DNA from: Podarcis muralis
Lineage: Eukaryota
Length of the DNA stretch: 64,000 nt
Reading direction: 5' to 3'
NCBI RefSeq assembly: GCF_964188315.1
Contig: NC_135666.1
Location: 24,490,001-24,554,000, forward strand
Under the pieces are notes generated by a model, which was not told the origin of the DNA, made no database searches, and saw nothing but the letters and a program-made list of their open reading frames with translations. Every line of letters starts with the position of its first letter. The first letter of the stretch is position 1. The position numbers and the translations under genes were made by a program. Positions 26,960-39,168 of the stretch are shown here, piece after piece.

Positions 26960-27445
26960 CCATTGTCTCTGCCAAAACCAAAATATAGCTCTTTGGAGCA
27001 GAGATTGGTATTTTGTTTAAGTTCCAGAGTACATGCACACTGATGAAACTGTACAGATAGCAGTAATAACACAGCCATAGTAGGCAACCTTCTGTAGACA
27101 AATTGAGGGCAAATGACATGTAATACTAAATCATCAGTCTATTAATTGCCTTCTCTATACCCTCTCAATATGATTTCCACATAAGGTAATTAAATGTTAA
27201 GAACAGTGAATACATCTGAAACACAACTAAATCCTAACAGAGTAGACACTTGTGCTAATTGGAAACACCTGTTGGAACAAAAAATATCTTCAACTGTTTC
27301 GGGGAAAGGATCATCTTGGCTGTGAGTCCTGGAAGACCTGCTCACTGCCTTACTGGCTTTTCCCACCCGGACTGGGAAGGCGAGGCCCTGACTGACCCTA
27401 GTTGCAAAAATTGGATGGGGGACCATGTGTTGAGAGCCCAGCATT

Positions 27446-27816
27446 GAGGCGAATTGGACTGGATGACCCTTGTAGTCCCTTCCAACTCTACAATTCTATG
27501 ATATTCAATTGTATGATATTTAAAGGGCTGTCACATGGAAGATGTAGCAAGCTTGTTTTCTCCAGCTCCAGAGGCTAGGACCTGAACCAATGGCTTCAAT
27601 TTACAAGAAAGGAGATTCTGCCTAAACATCATGAATAACCGCAAGAGCTGTTCAATAGTGGAATGAACTCCCTTGGAAATAGTGGACTCTCCTTCCTTGG
27701 AGGTTTTTAAGCAGACATTGGATGGTCATCTGTCATGGATGCTTTAGTTGAGATTCCTGCATTGCAGGGAGTTGGACTAGATGACCCTTGGGGCCCTTCC
27801 AACTACAATTTTATGA
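27446..27816 (+). mobile_element. Two tandem CR1 LINE 3'-end fragments (27446-27506 and 27521-27816)
   Basis: TTGGACT(A/G)GATGACCC..CCCTTCCAACT..ATTCTATGAT CR1-type terminus occurs twice. Confidence 0.8.
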
Positions 27817-29580
27817 TAAGTATTTATGGAATGAAAAGTTATGAGAGTCAAAGAAGATGTTACAGGAGATACACTGATAAGAAATGAATCAGTATGATCA
27901 TCCTAAAACTTTTGTAGGCACAAATAGTACTGAAAGTGTGATTGCCTATGAATGCTCTGATAGCATCATGAACTCAGATCACTATGGATGCACAGTAAAC
28001 TGGACATGTGGAGGGGTCCTAGCACAGTCACCAGAAAGGAGGAAAGCAAACCAAAACAAAAGCGTGAAACATTTTTGTATGTTATTTTCCCTAATATAAG
28101 CACTTTTATACACTTTGCTTTGCTGGAGAACTACATTGCAAAATTCAGAAAACTGAATTTCAAAGTATGATTGTGTTTTGGTGCACATATTGTTCTGGAA
28201 AATGTGAATTTTGTAGGCTCTCCCTCAAAGGCAAAGTGAATAGAATTTCCTCCCCATCCCTACTTGTCCCCCAGGTCTTCCTTCTGGGCTCCTGGCTCAC
28301 CTTAGACTGTCGCTCGTGATCCTGCCTCAGCTCTTCTAGTATCAACCTATCTTATAAACTCATTGTAAAGATTATAGACTAAGAACGTGAAGTGTTTTTC
28401 ATCTTTGTAAGTGCTATATAAATGCTACTGTAGAATATCTCCCTACAAGGATTTATCAGAGTGACTAGCATTTCTCAATAACTTGAAAGAATGCAATCTT
28501 TCCATTGACTTTATTTCTGAGAATAATCTCATATTGGTGCCATTTCTAAAGAAGCATTTCAATTTTGAGCAGCAGCGTGGTATTCTCACCTCAAATATTG
28601 TCAAAGTTCAGATCTAGCAATTACTTATATATTTATGCAGGCCTCTGTATTTTTAAAAAGTTAAGGGTCTATGTGCAGTCCCCTTTTAGCAGCCTTGAGC
28701 AACCATTTATACAAATGAGCAGAATAAATTTGCAGCACATTTTAGAAGATATTAAAGCCTTTGACTCCCACGGCAGAAGCCTCATTAATCTAACCTTCTG
28801 TCCAACGCTACAGGAGTCTGAATGCGGTGTTGCTCTGGCTAGGGTTCCAGACAAGGAAGGAAGGGATTTAAAAACTCACATGGACCCTCCTCCATCCCAG
28901 GGTATGAAAGGTTGTCATCTGGATATCCTCTAGGCTTATACCAAGAGACCTTGTGGAAAGTCCAAACAATCAACTACAATACATTTATAGTCCTAACCCT
29001 GACCTTGAACATTAATTAGGACACTAACTCAGAAGAGACGCCTGCCTTCATTTGGGTGGGGTAACTTCAGTTTTGCAACTCTTTTTAGTTAACCACACAC
29101 AGAGACTGCAATCTGCATGCAGTTCTACCAACTTTGGATCAATAGTCATCTGAGACCACACCCACCCACAAAAAAACCCCTCACTTAGATCCATATCAGT
29201 AGTTTTGCAGTGGCGGGGACAATATTTTGGAGCATGTGTTCATATAATCACATGACTACTTCACCTTAAAATATTGCATAGGAACCTGGAATGTAAGAAC
29301 CATGAACCTGGGTAAGTTGGATGTGGTCAAAAAGGAGATGGCAAGAATAAATATTGACATCCTGGGTATCAGTGAACTAAAATGGACGGGAATGGGCGAA
29401 TTCAGTTCGGATGACTATCATATCTACTACTGTGGGCAAGAAACCCGTAAAAGAAATGGAGTGGCCCTCATAGTCAACAAAAGAGTGGCAAAAGCTGTAC
29501 TGGGATGCAATCTCAAAAATGATAGAATGATCTCGATACGAATCCAAGGCAGACCTTTTAACATCACAGTAATCCAAGTT

Positions 29581-29935
29581 GTGGCGGGTGGCGCTGTGGG
29601 TAAAACCTCAGCGCCTAGGACTTGCCGATCGTCAGGTTGGTGGTTCGAATCCCCACGGTGGGGTGCGCTCCCGTTGCTCAGTCCCAGCACCTACCAACCT
29701 AGCAGTTTGAAAGCACCCCCGGGTGCAAGTAGATAAATAGGGACCGCTTACTAGCGGGAAGGTAAACGGCGTTACCGTGTGCTGCGCTGGCTCGCCAGAT
29801 GCAGCTTGTCATGCTGGCCACGTGACCCGGAAGTGTCTTTGGACAGTGCTGGCCCCCGGCCTCTTAAGCAAGATGGGCGCGCAACCCCAGAGTCGGACAC
29901 GACTGGCCCGTACGGACAGGGGTACCTTTACCTTT
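29581..29935 (+). mobile_element. Sauria/Squam1 SINE nested in the BovB endonuclease domain
   Basis: TSD AATCCAAGTT (29571-29580, 30124-30133); (ACCTTT) tail; slightly clipped 5' end. Confidence 0.93.
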
Positions 29936-29938
29936 AAT

Positions 29939-30118
29939 CAGTGGCGTAGCGTGAGTTGTCAGCACCCGGGGCAAGGCAAGTAATTTGCACCCCCTAACCC
30001 ATGGATTTGCGCCCCCTAACCTGTGGATTTGCCCCCCCTAACCCATGGATTTGCCCTAACCCCAGATGTTGCGGCCGGTGCGGCCGGCACCCCCTGCACC
30101 CCCCACGCTACGCCACTG
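29939..30118 (+). mobile_element. hAT MITE with 22-bp CCCTAA-core repeat, copy 2 (180 bp), nested at the SINE tail/TSD junction
   Basis: Perfect 15-bp TIR CAGTGGCGTAGCGTG / CACGCTACGCCACTG; 8-bp TSD CCTTTAAT (29931-29938, 30119-30126). Confidence 0.93.
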
Positions 30119-33100
30119 CCTTTAATCCAAGTTTATGCACCAACTGCTGGTGCTGAAGAAACTGAAAGTGACCAATTCTATGAACACTTACAAGACCTTA
30201 TAGAAGTGACACTAAAGAAGGATGTTCTTCTCATTATAGGGGATTGGAATGCTAAAGTAAGGAATCAAGAGATAAAAGGAACAACTGGCAAGTTTGGCCT
30301 TGGAGATCAAAACGAATCAGGGCAAAGGCTAATAGAGTTCTGTCAAGAGAACAAGCTGGTCATCACAAACACACTTTTCCAACAACACAAGAGATGACTC
30401 TACACATGGACATCACCAGAGGGGCAGCATCGAAATCAGATTGATTATATTCTCTGCAGCCAAAGATGGAGAAGCTCTATACAGTCAGCAAAAACAAGAC
30501 CTGGAGCTGACTGTGGCTCAGATCATCAGCTTCTTATAGCAAAATTCAAGCTTAAACTGAAGAAAGTAGGAAAAACCACTGGGCCGGAAAGATACAATCC
30601 AAACCAAATCCCTTATGAATACACAGTGGAAGTGATGAACAGGTTTAAGGATTTAGATTTGCTGGACAGAGTGCCTGAAGAACTATGGGTGGAGGCTCGC
30701 AACATTATACAGGAGGCAGCAACGAAAACCATCCCGATGAAAAGGAAATGCAAGAAAGCAAAGTGGCTGTCCAACGAGGCCTTACAAATAGCGGGGGAGA
30801 CAAGGCAAGCAAAATGTGAGGGAGATAGTGAAAGATACAGGAAACTGAATGCAGATTTCCAAAAAATAGCAAGGAGAGACAAGAAGGCCTTCTTAAACGA
30901 GCAATGCAAAGAAATAGAGGAAAACAACAGAATGGGAAGAACCAGAGATCTGTTCAAGAAAATTGGAGATATGAAAGGAACATTTTGTACAATGATTACC
31001 ATAATAAAGGACAAAAGTGGTAAGGACCTAACAGAAGCAGAAGACATCAAGAAGAGGTGGCAAGAATATACAGAGGAATTATATCAGAAAGATATGGATG
31101 ACTCATACACCCCAGGTAGTGTGGTTGCTGACCTTGAGCCAGACATCCTGGAGAGTGAAGTCAAATGGGCCTTAGAAAGCACTGCAAATAGCAAGGCCAG
31201 TGGAAGTGATGGTATTCCAGCCGAACTATTTAAAAATTTAAAAGATGATGCTGTTAAGGTGCTACACTCAATATGCCAGCAAATTTGGAAAACTCAGCAC
31301 TGGCCAGAGGATTGGAGAAGATCAGTCTACATCCCAATTCCAAAGAAGGGCAGTGCCAAAGAATGCTCCAACTACCGCACAATTGCACTCATTTCACACG
31401 CTAGCAAGGTTATGCTTAAAATTCTACAAGGAAGGCTCAAGCAGTATGTGGACCGAGAACTCCCAGAAGTGCAAGCTGGATTTAGAAGAGGCAGAGGAAC
31501 CAGAGACCAAATTGCAAACTTGCGCTGGATTATGGAGAAAGCTAGAGAGTTCCAGAAAGACATCTACTTCTGCTTCATTGACTATGCAAAAGCCTTTGAC
31601 TGTGTCGACCACAGCAAACTATGGCAAGTTCTTAAAGAAATGGGAGTGCCTGATCACCTCATCTGTCTCCTGAGAAATCTCTATGTGGGACAAGAAGCTA
31701 CAGTTAGAACTGGATATGGAACAACTGATTGGTTCAAAATTGGGAAAGGAGTACGACAAGGCTGTATATTATCTCCCTGCTTATTTAACTTATATGCGGA
31801 ATTCATCATGCGAAAGGCTGGGCTGGATGAATCCCTAGCCGGAATTAAGATTGCCGGAAGAAATATCAACAACCTCAGATATGCAGATGACACAACCTTG
31901 ATGGCAGAAAGTCAGGAGGAATTGAAGAACCTTTTATTGAGGGTGAAAGAGGAGAGTGCAAAATACGGTCTGAAGCTCAATATCAAAAAAACAAAGATCA
32001 TGGCCACTGATCCCATCACCTCCTGGCAAATAGAAGGAGAAGAAATGAAGGCAGTGAGAGATTTTACTTTCTTGGGCTCCATGATCACTGCAGATGGTGA
32101 CAGCAGCCACAAAATTAAAAGTCGCCTGCTTCTTAGGAGAAAAGCAATGACAAACCTAGACAGCATCTTAAAAAGTAGAGACATCACCTTGCCAACAAAG
32201 GTCCGTATAGTAAAAGCTATGGTTTTCCCAGTAGTGATGTATGGAAGTGAAAGCTGGACCGTAAAGAAGGCTGCTCGCCGAAGAATTGATGCTTTTGAAT
32301 TATGGTGCTGGAGGAGACTCTTGAGAGTCCCATGGACTGCAAGAAGATCAAACCTATCCATTCTTAAGGAAATCAGCCCTGAGTGCTGACTGGAAGGACA
32401 GATTGTGAAGCTGAGGCTCCAATACTTTGGCCACCTCATGAGAAGAGAAGACTCCCTGGAAAAGACCCTGATGTTGGGAAAGATGGAGGGCACAAGGAGA
32501 AGGGGACGACAGAGGACGAGATGGTTGGATAGTGTTCTCAAAGCCACCAGCATGAGTTTGACCAAACTGCGGGAGGCAGTGGAAGACAGGAGTGCCTGGC
32601 GTGCTCTGGTCCATGGGGTCACGAAGAGTCGGACACGACTAAACAACAACAACTTCACCTTAGCGCTAATGGAGGAAGCAGCAAAATCTAATTCATCTGG
32701 CCAACTCCTCCCCATCTTAAAATTATTATGTGAACTGAATATGGTCTCATTGCTACTTTTGAAAACACAGTGATATTTTTTCAACAGTTATACTTGCTAA
32801 TTCCTTTGTATGGATGCAGAAAATTGCACTTTCATTCCAGAGGTGTCATGGGACATAAATAAAACATAGCATTAATGTGACCATGTTTATTTAGGACACA
32901 TGTTCCCTTGTGTAGCCTGAGCATAATACAGTACATGGATTTCAGCAGCAATGTTTTCATCTAGATATGTTAGGTATTTTATTATTAATGTAGACATTAT
33001 TTTTCTCATAAAAGCATAAGTTTTGGGATTTTGTTTTTTCCTCTGACAACAATTCTAGAACTAGTTCCTCTGACAGTTCTGGAGCACAAACACCATGACA

Positions 33101-36100
33101 AATTGCAATTTATTAGTAATTTCAGCAACATAAAATGTTGCTGAGAAAGGTAATCTGTCTGACTGAGAAAGTGCCAATTTTCTTTTGTTGCAAAACAGCT
33201 CTCTTTGCAGCCTCAAAGTAATTAGATACACCTCACACAGGCAACAATAGCATCCAAGAGCAGCATTTACACTGCAAGTATATCAAATGGGTTCTGCATT
33301 AAAGTGGCAAATGAAGCATTTTATGCAGAATATTGAAAAGAGAAGGATGTGGTGCCTTTTCAGGTAATGAAATACTAAAGGAGAACCCCAAATTCACAGG
33401 TTGACAAGCCAGAGGTTTCAAGAGAGTTGCACTTCAACTTTTACTTTCTCAAAATGCTGCCTGGCACTAAGGGTGTCTGGCTGATTTCATGAGTGGAAGG
33501 TCTGAGTTCCAATTCCACTGCAATGAAACTGAGTTTTTTTGAGACCCAGAGTTTTCTGTGAAAAAGGTCCCTGTTTTTAGGCTTTGCATCTCCAGTTGAA
33601 GGTTTTTCAGGTTGCAGGAAAGCTTTGGAGAGCCATTACTAGTCAGAATAGATGATACTGGGGTTGACAGACCTTTCTTCACACAAGACTGCTTCCTAGG
33701 TTCACTTCTTTGTATTTACTTCCTACCGAACCTTCCAGTTGTGGGATGGGCTGACTTTTTTTTAGGGGCTGGCTACAATCATTCTGTAGTTTAGACCTTA
33801 TTAAAGCCCAGGCATGCCAGCTTGCCACCGTGACTGAGGGGAGACGGTGCTGCACAACGTGCTCTCATTACGCATGCACACCATGTGATGCTGCAAAATG
33901 CAGCCACTGTTTCAAAATGCAGTCAGTTTCAGCCCCACACACCATAGCCCACATTTCTAGTCTGCAAAAACACAGAGATTTTCAGAAGCTTTCCATCCAA
34001 ACATTCCCACTGGAATTTTATACCAGCTTTTCATTAACAGTTTTACATCTGCAGGTATAGTCCCCCCGCATTACCCATATTTACAAATGTTTATATTGCT
34101 ATGCTCCTTTTAGGCGTTTTGAAAGATCTATCCTTCCATGACTCTTTCAAAGTTAGCATACGAGGTGCCAATATTTCTGCATCATAGTTTCAGAGATTCT
34201 GTAATTTACAAGGGAAAATATATATATATTTAAAAAAACCTTCCCGCCCCCACAAAAAGTCTTCTTGGCAATCTGCCCCTAGTATGTCAATGGCAAAATA
34301 CTATAGAAATAAATAAATAAATTGCGGCAGGGATATCTCTGGAATTCAGCCAAAACTCATGGGCAAATTGGTTTGTAATAGCAGTATGTCCTAAGGTACA
34401 ACAGATGGAACTCCAAATGGGGCATCTGGTAGGTAGGAAGGCAGGCTCCTTTTCTAGTTTCTTGGTTGCATTGCTTTGCTTTGCTTTGCTTAGCTAAGAG
34501 ACAAGAGATGCTGTCATTCTCATCAAAAGAAAAGCTGCCTGCTTTTCAGAGTGATGTGCAACCTGTGGCCTTCCAGATGCTGTTGCATACCAGCTTCCAT
34601 CAGCCCCAGCTAGCATTGCCAATGGTCAGGGATGATCAGATTTGTTACCTAAGAATATTTGATGAGACGCAGGTGAGCCACCACTGACCTATAGGAATGA
34701 ATACTGCCTGTATCCCTTTTGCTTCTTGGCACAAATTTATGCATCATAAAGGAGGGGGAGGAACAGCTCAGTAGGAGTGCAAATGTAAATTTGCCTTGAA
34801 ATGAATTGGCATTGGTTCACACATCGTAAACCTCATTACTGTACTAAATGGGCTTGCAATGTTTTGCACGTGTACAATTTCATTTACTGCTGACATCTTA
34901 GCCTTATATCCCACTCTCAAAGAAGTTAACAGAAAACAGCTCAGCACAAAATATCACAATATTTAAAACAGCAACATATATCAAAATAATATAAAACAAG
35001 TCAAAGCTACATCCATGTCAAAACAGTAAAACACTAAATCCATTAGGGCTAACTGAGTAACAAGGGTCCTGCTTCTGGCCTTGATGGGAGATGCTTCTCC
35101 ATGGGAAGAACCTATGAAACTAAGGATTATGTCATCCATGTGCTCTAAATTTCTGCACCCTCAAATGCATGGTAAATGAGACAAATGATTACTGTATGGA
35201 ACACTCTTTCTCTCCGAAATAAAGTTTTTTCTGCCCTCAGTAAAAAGAATCCTAAAAGTTTTTATTATATATACAGAAATATACTGACTGTTTTCCACAG
35301 GCTAGTGATAGCATAATTCTAGAATATTTTTGTGACCCTCAAAGACACCCCTAATTTGTTTTTTGTTTTTAAGTTGTGTGGTTTCTTAAAATTATAAAAT
35401 CCTGACCGCTCCCATGGGTCCTCTGCTGTGGTGCCATTTTTTAAAAAGCTGACTGTTCCTATAGTCCCCTCACCATGATCCCAAATGGTTTATTTGTGGC
35501 ACCCCTACAACATCCCCTGCAAACTTGTCCTTTGATTTTATTTTACTTTTAAACCTAAACTTACGGGAATAATGAATGATGAAAACAGTTTTAAATAGTG
35601 TAGAATAAGGTTTCTGAAGGTGGTGTTGAGAATTGCAGTTCTCTCTACCACCACAGTTGCAGTTCAGCCATACCAGTTTGACATGAGGCCCCCAGAGGGT
35701 TGACCCATGTGTCAGTGTAGACCTTTGCCTATAAAAAGCCAGCTACTCCTGCTCGAAATGTTCCTCTCCCTGATCCTTTTCTGCTGGCCAGAAAATGACT
35801 GCAGCAGCCAAAATAAACAGTCCTATCCCCCAGCTTGAAGCTGCTTTTGTTGTCTCTAAAAGACCTTACAATGTGTGTCCCTACAATGCTGCTTGGCATT
35901 TGCAAGGCAGAGGAACACAGATTTTCTAGACCAATATATGAAGCCACGAGTAGTCAGAACAGCTTGTCTTTCATTCATATATCTATATATCCTGCCTTTT
36001 TCTTTTGAATGCATATATGTACACACACACAGAGAGAGAGAAAGCAGTCATGAAAATCTCCCCTGTAACCTCCAGATAAACCTCTCAGTAGCAGATTGAG

Positions 36101-37078
36101 AAGCAGCATAGATCCAAGGTGTCTCTCCACTACCGTGTCCCTGCAACCAAACATTGACATTCATGAACCAATTGATTGCCCAGGAGCCAAGGCGCTGTTC
36201 TGTAAATACATCCCCATTTTAAAATTTCAAGTCAATTTCAGCAAGCAAAAGTAAGGAATTAAAGCAATCAATTTCTTAGTGCGTGCTAAAAAGCACAATG
36301 CCATCTTTGAATGGTTAGTCTGATGAATGCCGACCAAGCAGGCGCAAAATTGGCACATATGCTTGCAATATATCTTGATTTTAATTATCAGCAGAGAAAG
36401 AATTTCAGGGCAAGGGAGCTCAAATGGCAACGGAACTGAGTTTTGTGAAGTGAGAAAAGCATGTGTTTCAACAGCACTGTTTGTACGCAAAGGGTCCCAA
36501 GTTCAGTCCCAGGCATCTTCCGTTAAAAGATCTCAGGTGGAAAAGGCTTGAGGGTCTGATTCAGAATATAGCAGCTTAATTTGTTTAATTGACTAGAAAT
36601 TACTTAGAGACCAAACCCCAGGATTTTTTTGTTTTTTTGTTTATCTTCAACTGGTGCTGGTCTTCAACTGGTTGTTCAGGACCCTCTGCCAGTTTGCAGC
36701 CTGATCTAAGAGCATCAATACCACCCAAAATTGACAATGGCAGGGCTAGGAGTTGCAGGTGGTATCAAGAGGCAGGGCACAGCGAAACAGGACACACCAT
36801 CCCTGACTGGTGCCCATCACCACATCTTATGGAAAAGAATTCCAGAGTTCAAATCTATACTTTGTACTACTTTTGTGAAGTAGTCCTTTCTGTTGTTTGT
36901 CCCAAGTCTCCTGTCAATCAGATTCATTAGACAATCCTCGGTTGTAATGTCAGGAGAAAAAATGTCTCCTCCACCCCACTTTCTCTACATCATATTCAAA
37001 TTTATACACCTCTATCATATCTCCTCTTACTCGCCTTTGTTCCAAATTAAACAGAGATTACACACAGATGGCCAGGAA

Positions 37079-37620
37079 TTGTTGCTGGCATCCACCTGTC
37101 TCAAGAGACAATGGTGTGTGCTTCCAGGGGTGAAGTCAAACTGCTGGAGAATCACAGTGTCTGCTGTGGTTGCAGAGACCGGTAACTCATAACTGCCTCC
37201 TCCCACATTGTTCTTGTTGTGTTGGCGGCACTGAAGTGTTCTCTCTGGGGCACAACTCTTGGCAGTGTGCATGGAGGTCCTGGGCTGCCCAGACAACAAG
37301 ACCTCACTGATGTGGTCCAAAGAAAAGCAGAGCAATACATTTGGCACCAACATGGCTGCTACAGGAGTGCTGGAAGGAGGCATACAAGACACCATCCAAC
37401 CACCTTAGAGACTCTGCTCCGGATTTGTGTAGTGTTTCTCTTTAGTCTTTTCTTCTCCTGAAGATGTCCCGCAAGGCAATGGGTACAGACTTTTTCTTGG
37501 AGTTTATTCCTGAAGCCTTTCTTACTAATTAGTATAGCCACAAGGCCACAGAGGTTTAGGGTTAGCGTTTTCCTTCTCCTAAGTGGGCTACCTTCCCAGC
37601 TTGACGAGCCCCATCTGCCC
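37079..37620 (-). mobile_element. Second, inverted copy of the short retroposon family seen at 2211-2620
   Basis: Reverse complement shares GGGCAGATGGGGCTC..GGGAAG(G/A)TAGCCCA at the 5' end and TGTCTC..GACAG..GGATGC..CAACAA at the 3' end. Confidence 0.6.
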
Positions 37621-38765
37621 CTTGCTCAAGATTAGGGATGATATAATACACAGTTCCCAGTCGGTTAGTAGTCTGGGATCCAATCAGAGCATGAACGATT
37701 GCTAAAACATTCAGGGAAATGGGAAATGGGGGTTAACATTGTACTACATCTAGAATCAAAGGATTTGGGATCTACACAGTTAAGTGGGTACTGGTACATA
37801 ACGAGTGCTGTTTTGAGGTAATAAACTCTCACACATCTGTAATGTAAGCTTAGTCAAATTCAGACTGTCAAGAATATAACACTGCCAAAGAGAAACATTT
37901 CAAATATGACAAACTGCATAGTATGTTGAACTGCAAGGCCTTCCCTGTTCACTGATCAATGAAATGAGTTTGCTAGCACAAGAGACTCCTATCTGAACAT
38001 GGATACTTCTTGGTTAAATTAAGAACCCCTATTTGGGAATAACACCTTCTCTCTCTCTCTCTCTCTTCCCTAGACAAAACTAATATAAGTGAGAAAAGTG
38101 AAGAAAGTAATTGGTGTCGGTCAGGTAGTGGTGCCAGGGAACAGTTCAGGTGAAGAGCCAATAAAAGCTAAAAATAAGCCACGGGTTTTCACTTGACAGA
38201 TGGTAGGGCAGTTTTATCTTTGCCCTGGCTCAGTAGCACAGGTAATATTTTAGCTGGTGAGATGGCAAAATGTACAAAATACAAGCCCAAACAAATAGCT
38301 TAAAAGCTGCATGATGCTTCAATTTTGTTCCCAGATGCATCGATTCCAGCATGATATAGGCTATGCCTTGGAGTCACAGCATGAGTTACCATCATTAAGA
38401 CAAATGATCCCACCTTGATTGAGGGGAGCCAATGAGTGTTAGGCCAGAATTTGGCATGGTATACACTGGCCTTGACTGGATCTCCAAATAAACACTGCTG
38501 GTTTGCTATGTGGCACATGGACTGCTACATACCATGTGGAGTTGCTCAGGTACAATGTGACTTGTACTGAATGAACACCCTCAAGATGTGGGGGAAGAAG
38601 AAATAGGGCCAATGACGTATGAATGCAAAACTGCAATTCTGTATGAATGCAAAGAAAAGGAAAGATTGTACCACTATGGCCACAAAATTCATCTTCCTCA
38701 AACTACCTTATATCATATTAAGATCAAGTTTCTAAATCCCTGACTGACTAAAGTATGCTTGAAAA

Positions 38766-39168
38766 TGTGTGCATAATGTTTGCTGACATCTCAGAAATCA
38801 GAGAGGTGGCTGCATAAGAGTTCGGTGGTTGGAGACAGGATTTCAGTGTCCATTAGCAAAATAAATAAAGCTGGCAAGTAGTTAGAAGGACCAAAGAGAG
38901 AGTTGAGGACAATAAGCAGGTGGCAGGCAGAAGCCTGAGAGGGAGAGACATGGTTGATTTCTGCTTGAATCCAAGTATGTGACTATGGGAAAAGCAAGAC
39001 CTTCTGGGGTGTTAATGCTGTGAACCCTTTTATCAAAGGCTCAGGTTGTATATATGTAAATAAACCATATATCCTAAAAACACCACTGTCTCTACTGTAC
39101 CTCATCCTAAGGAAACCAAACCCTGAGTAAAATCTTGCACTGCTCAGAGACTGGGGTGGTGTGCAACA
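38766..39168 (+). mobile_element. Possible solo-LTR-like remnant
   Basis: TG start (uncertain), TGTAAATAAACC signal near 39055, ends GTGTGCAACA; no TSD found. Confidence 0.3.

Larger units (their letters stand above)
29269..32651 (+). mobile_element. BovB (RTE clade) LINE, 5'-UTR truncated, near-complete APE-RT ORF, interrupted
   Basis: APE motifs (IGTWNVRTMN, ILGISELKW, GDWNAK, SDH) and RT motifs (GVRQGCILSP, RYADD); (CAA)n tail; 11-bp TSD ACTTCACCTTA (29258-29268, 32652-32662); in-frame TGA stops at 30395-30397 and 32387-32389; 553-bp nested insertion at 29581-30133. Confidence 0.96.

Noticed and set aside
30613-32784. Long minus-strand ORFs (145 aa, 290 aa and others) and the 142-aa alternative plus frame
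   Set aside because: Antisense or shifted shadows of the BovB ORF; no independent domain signal.
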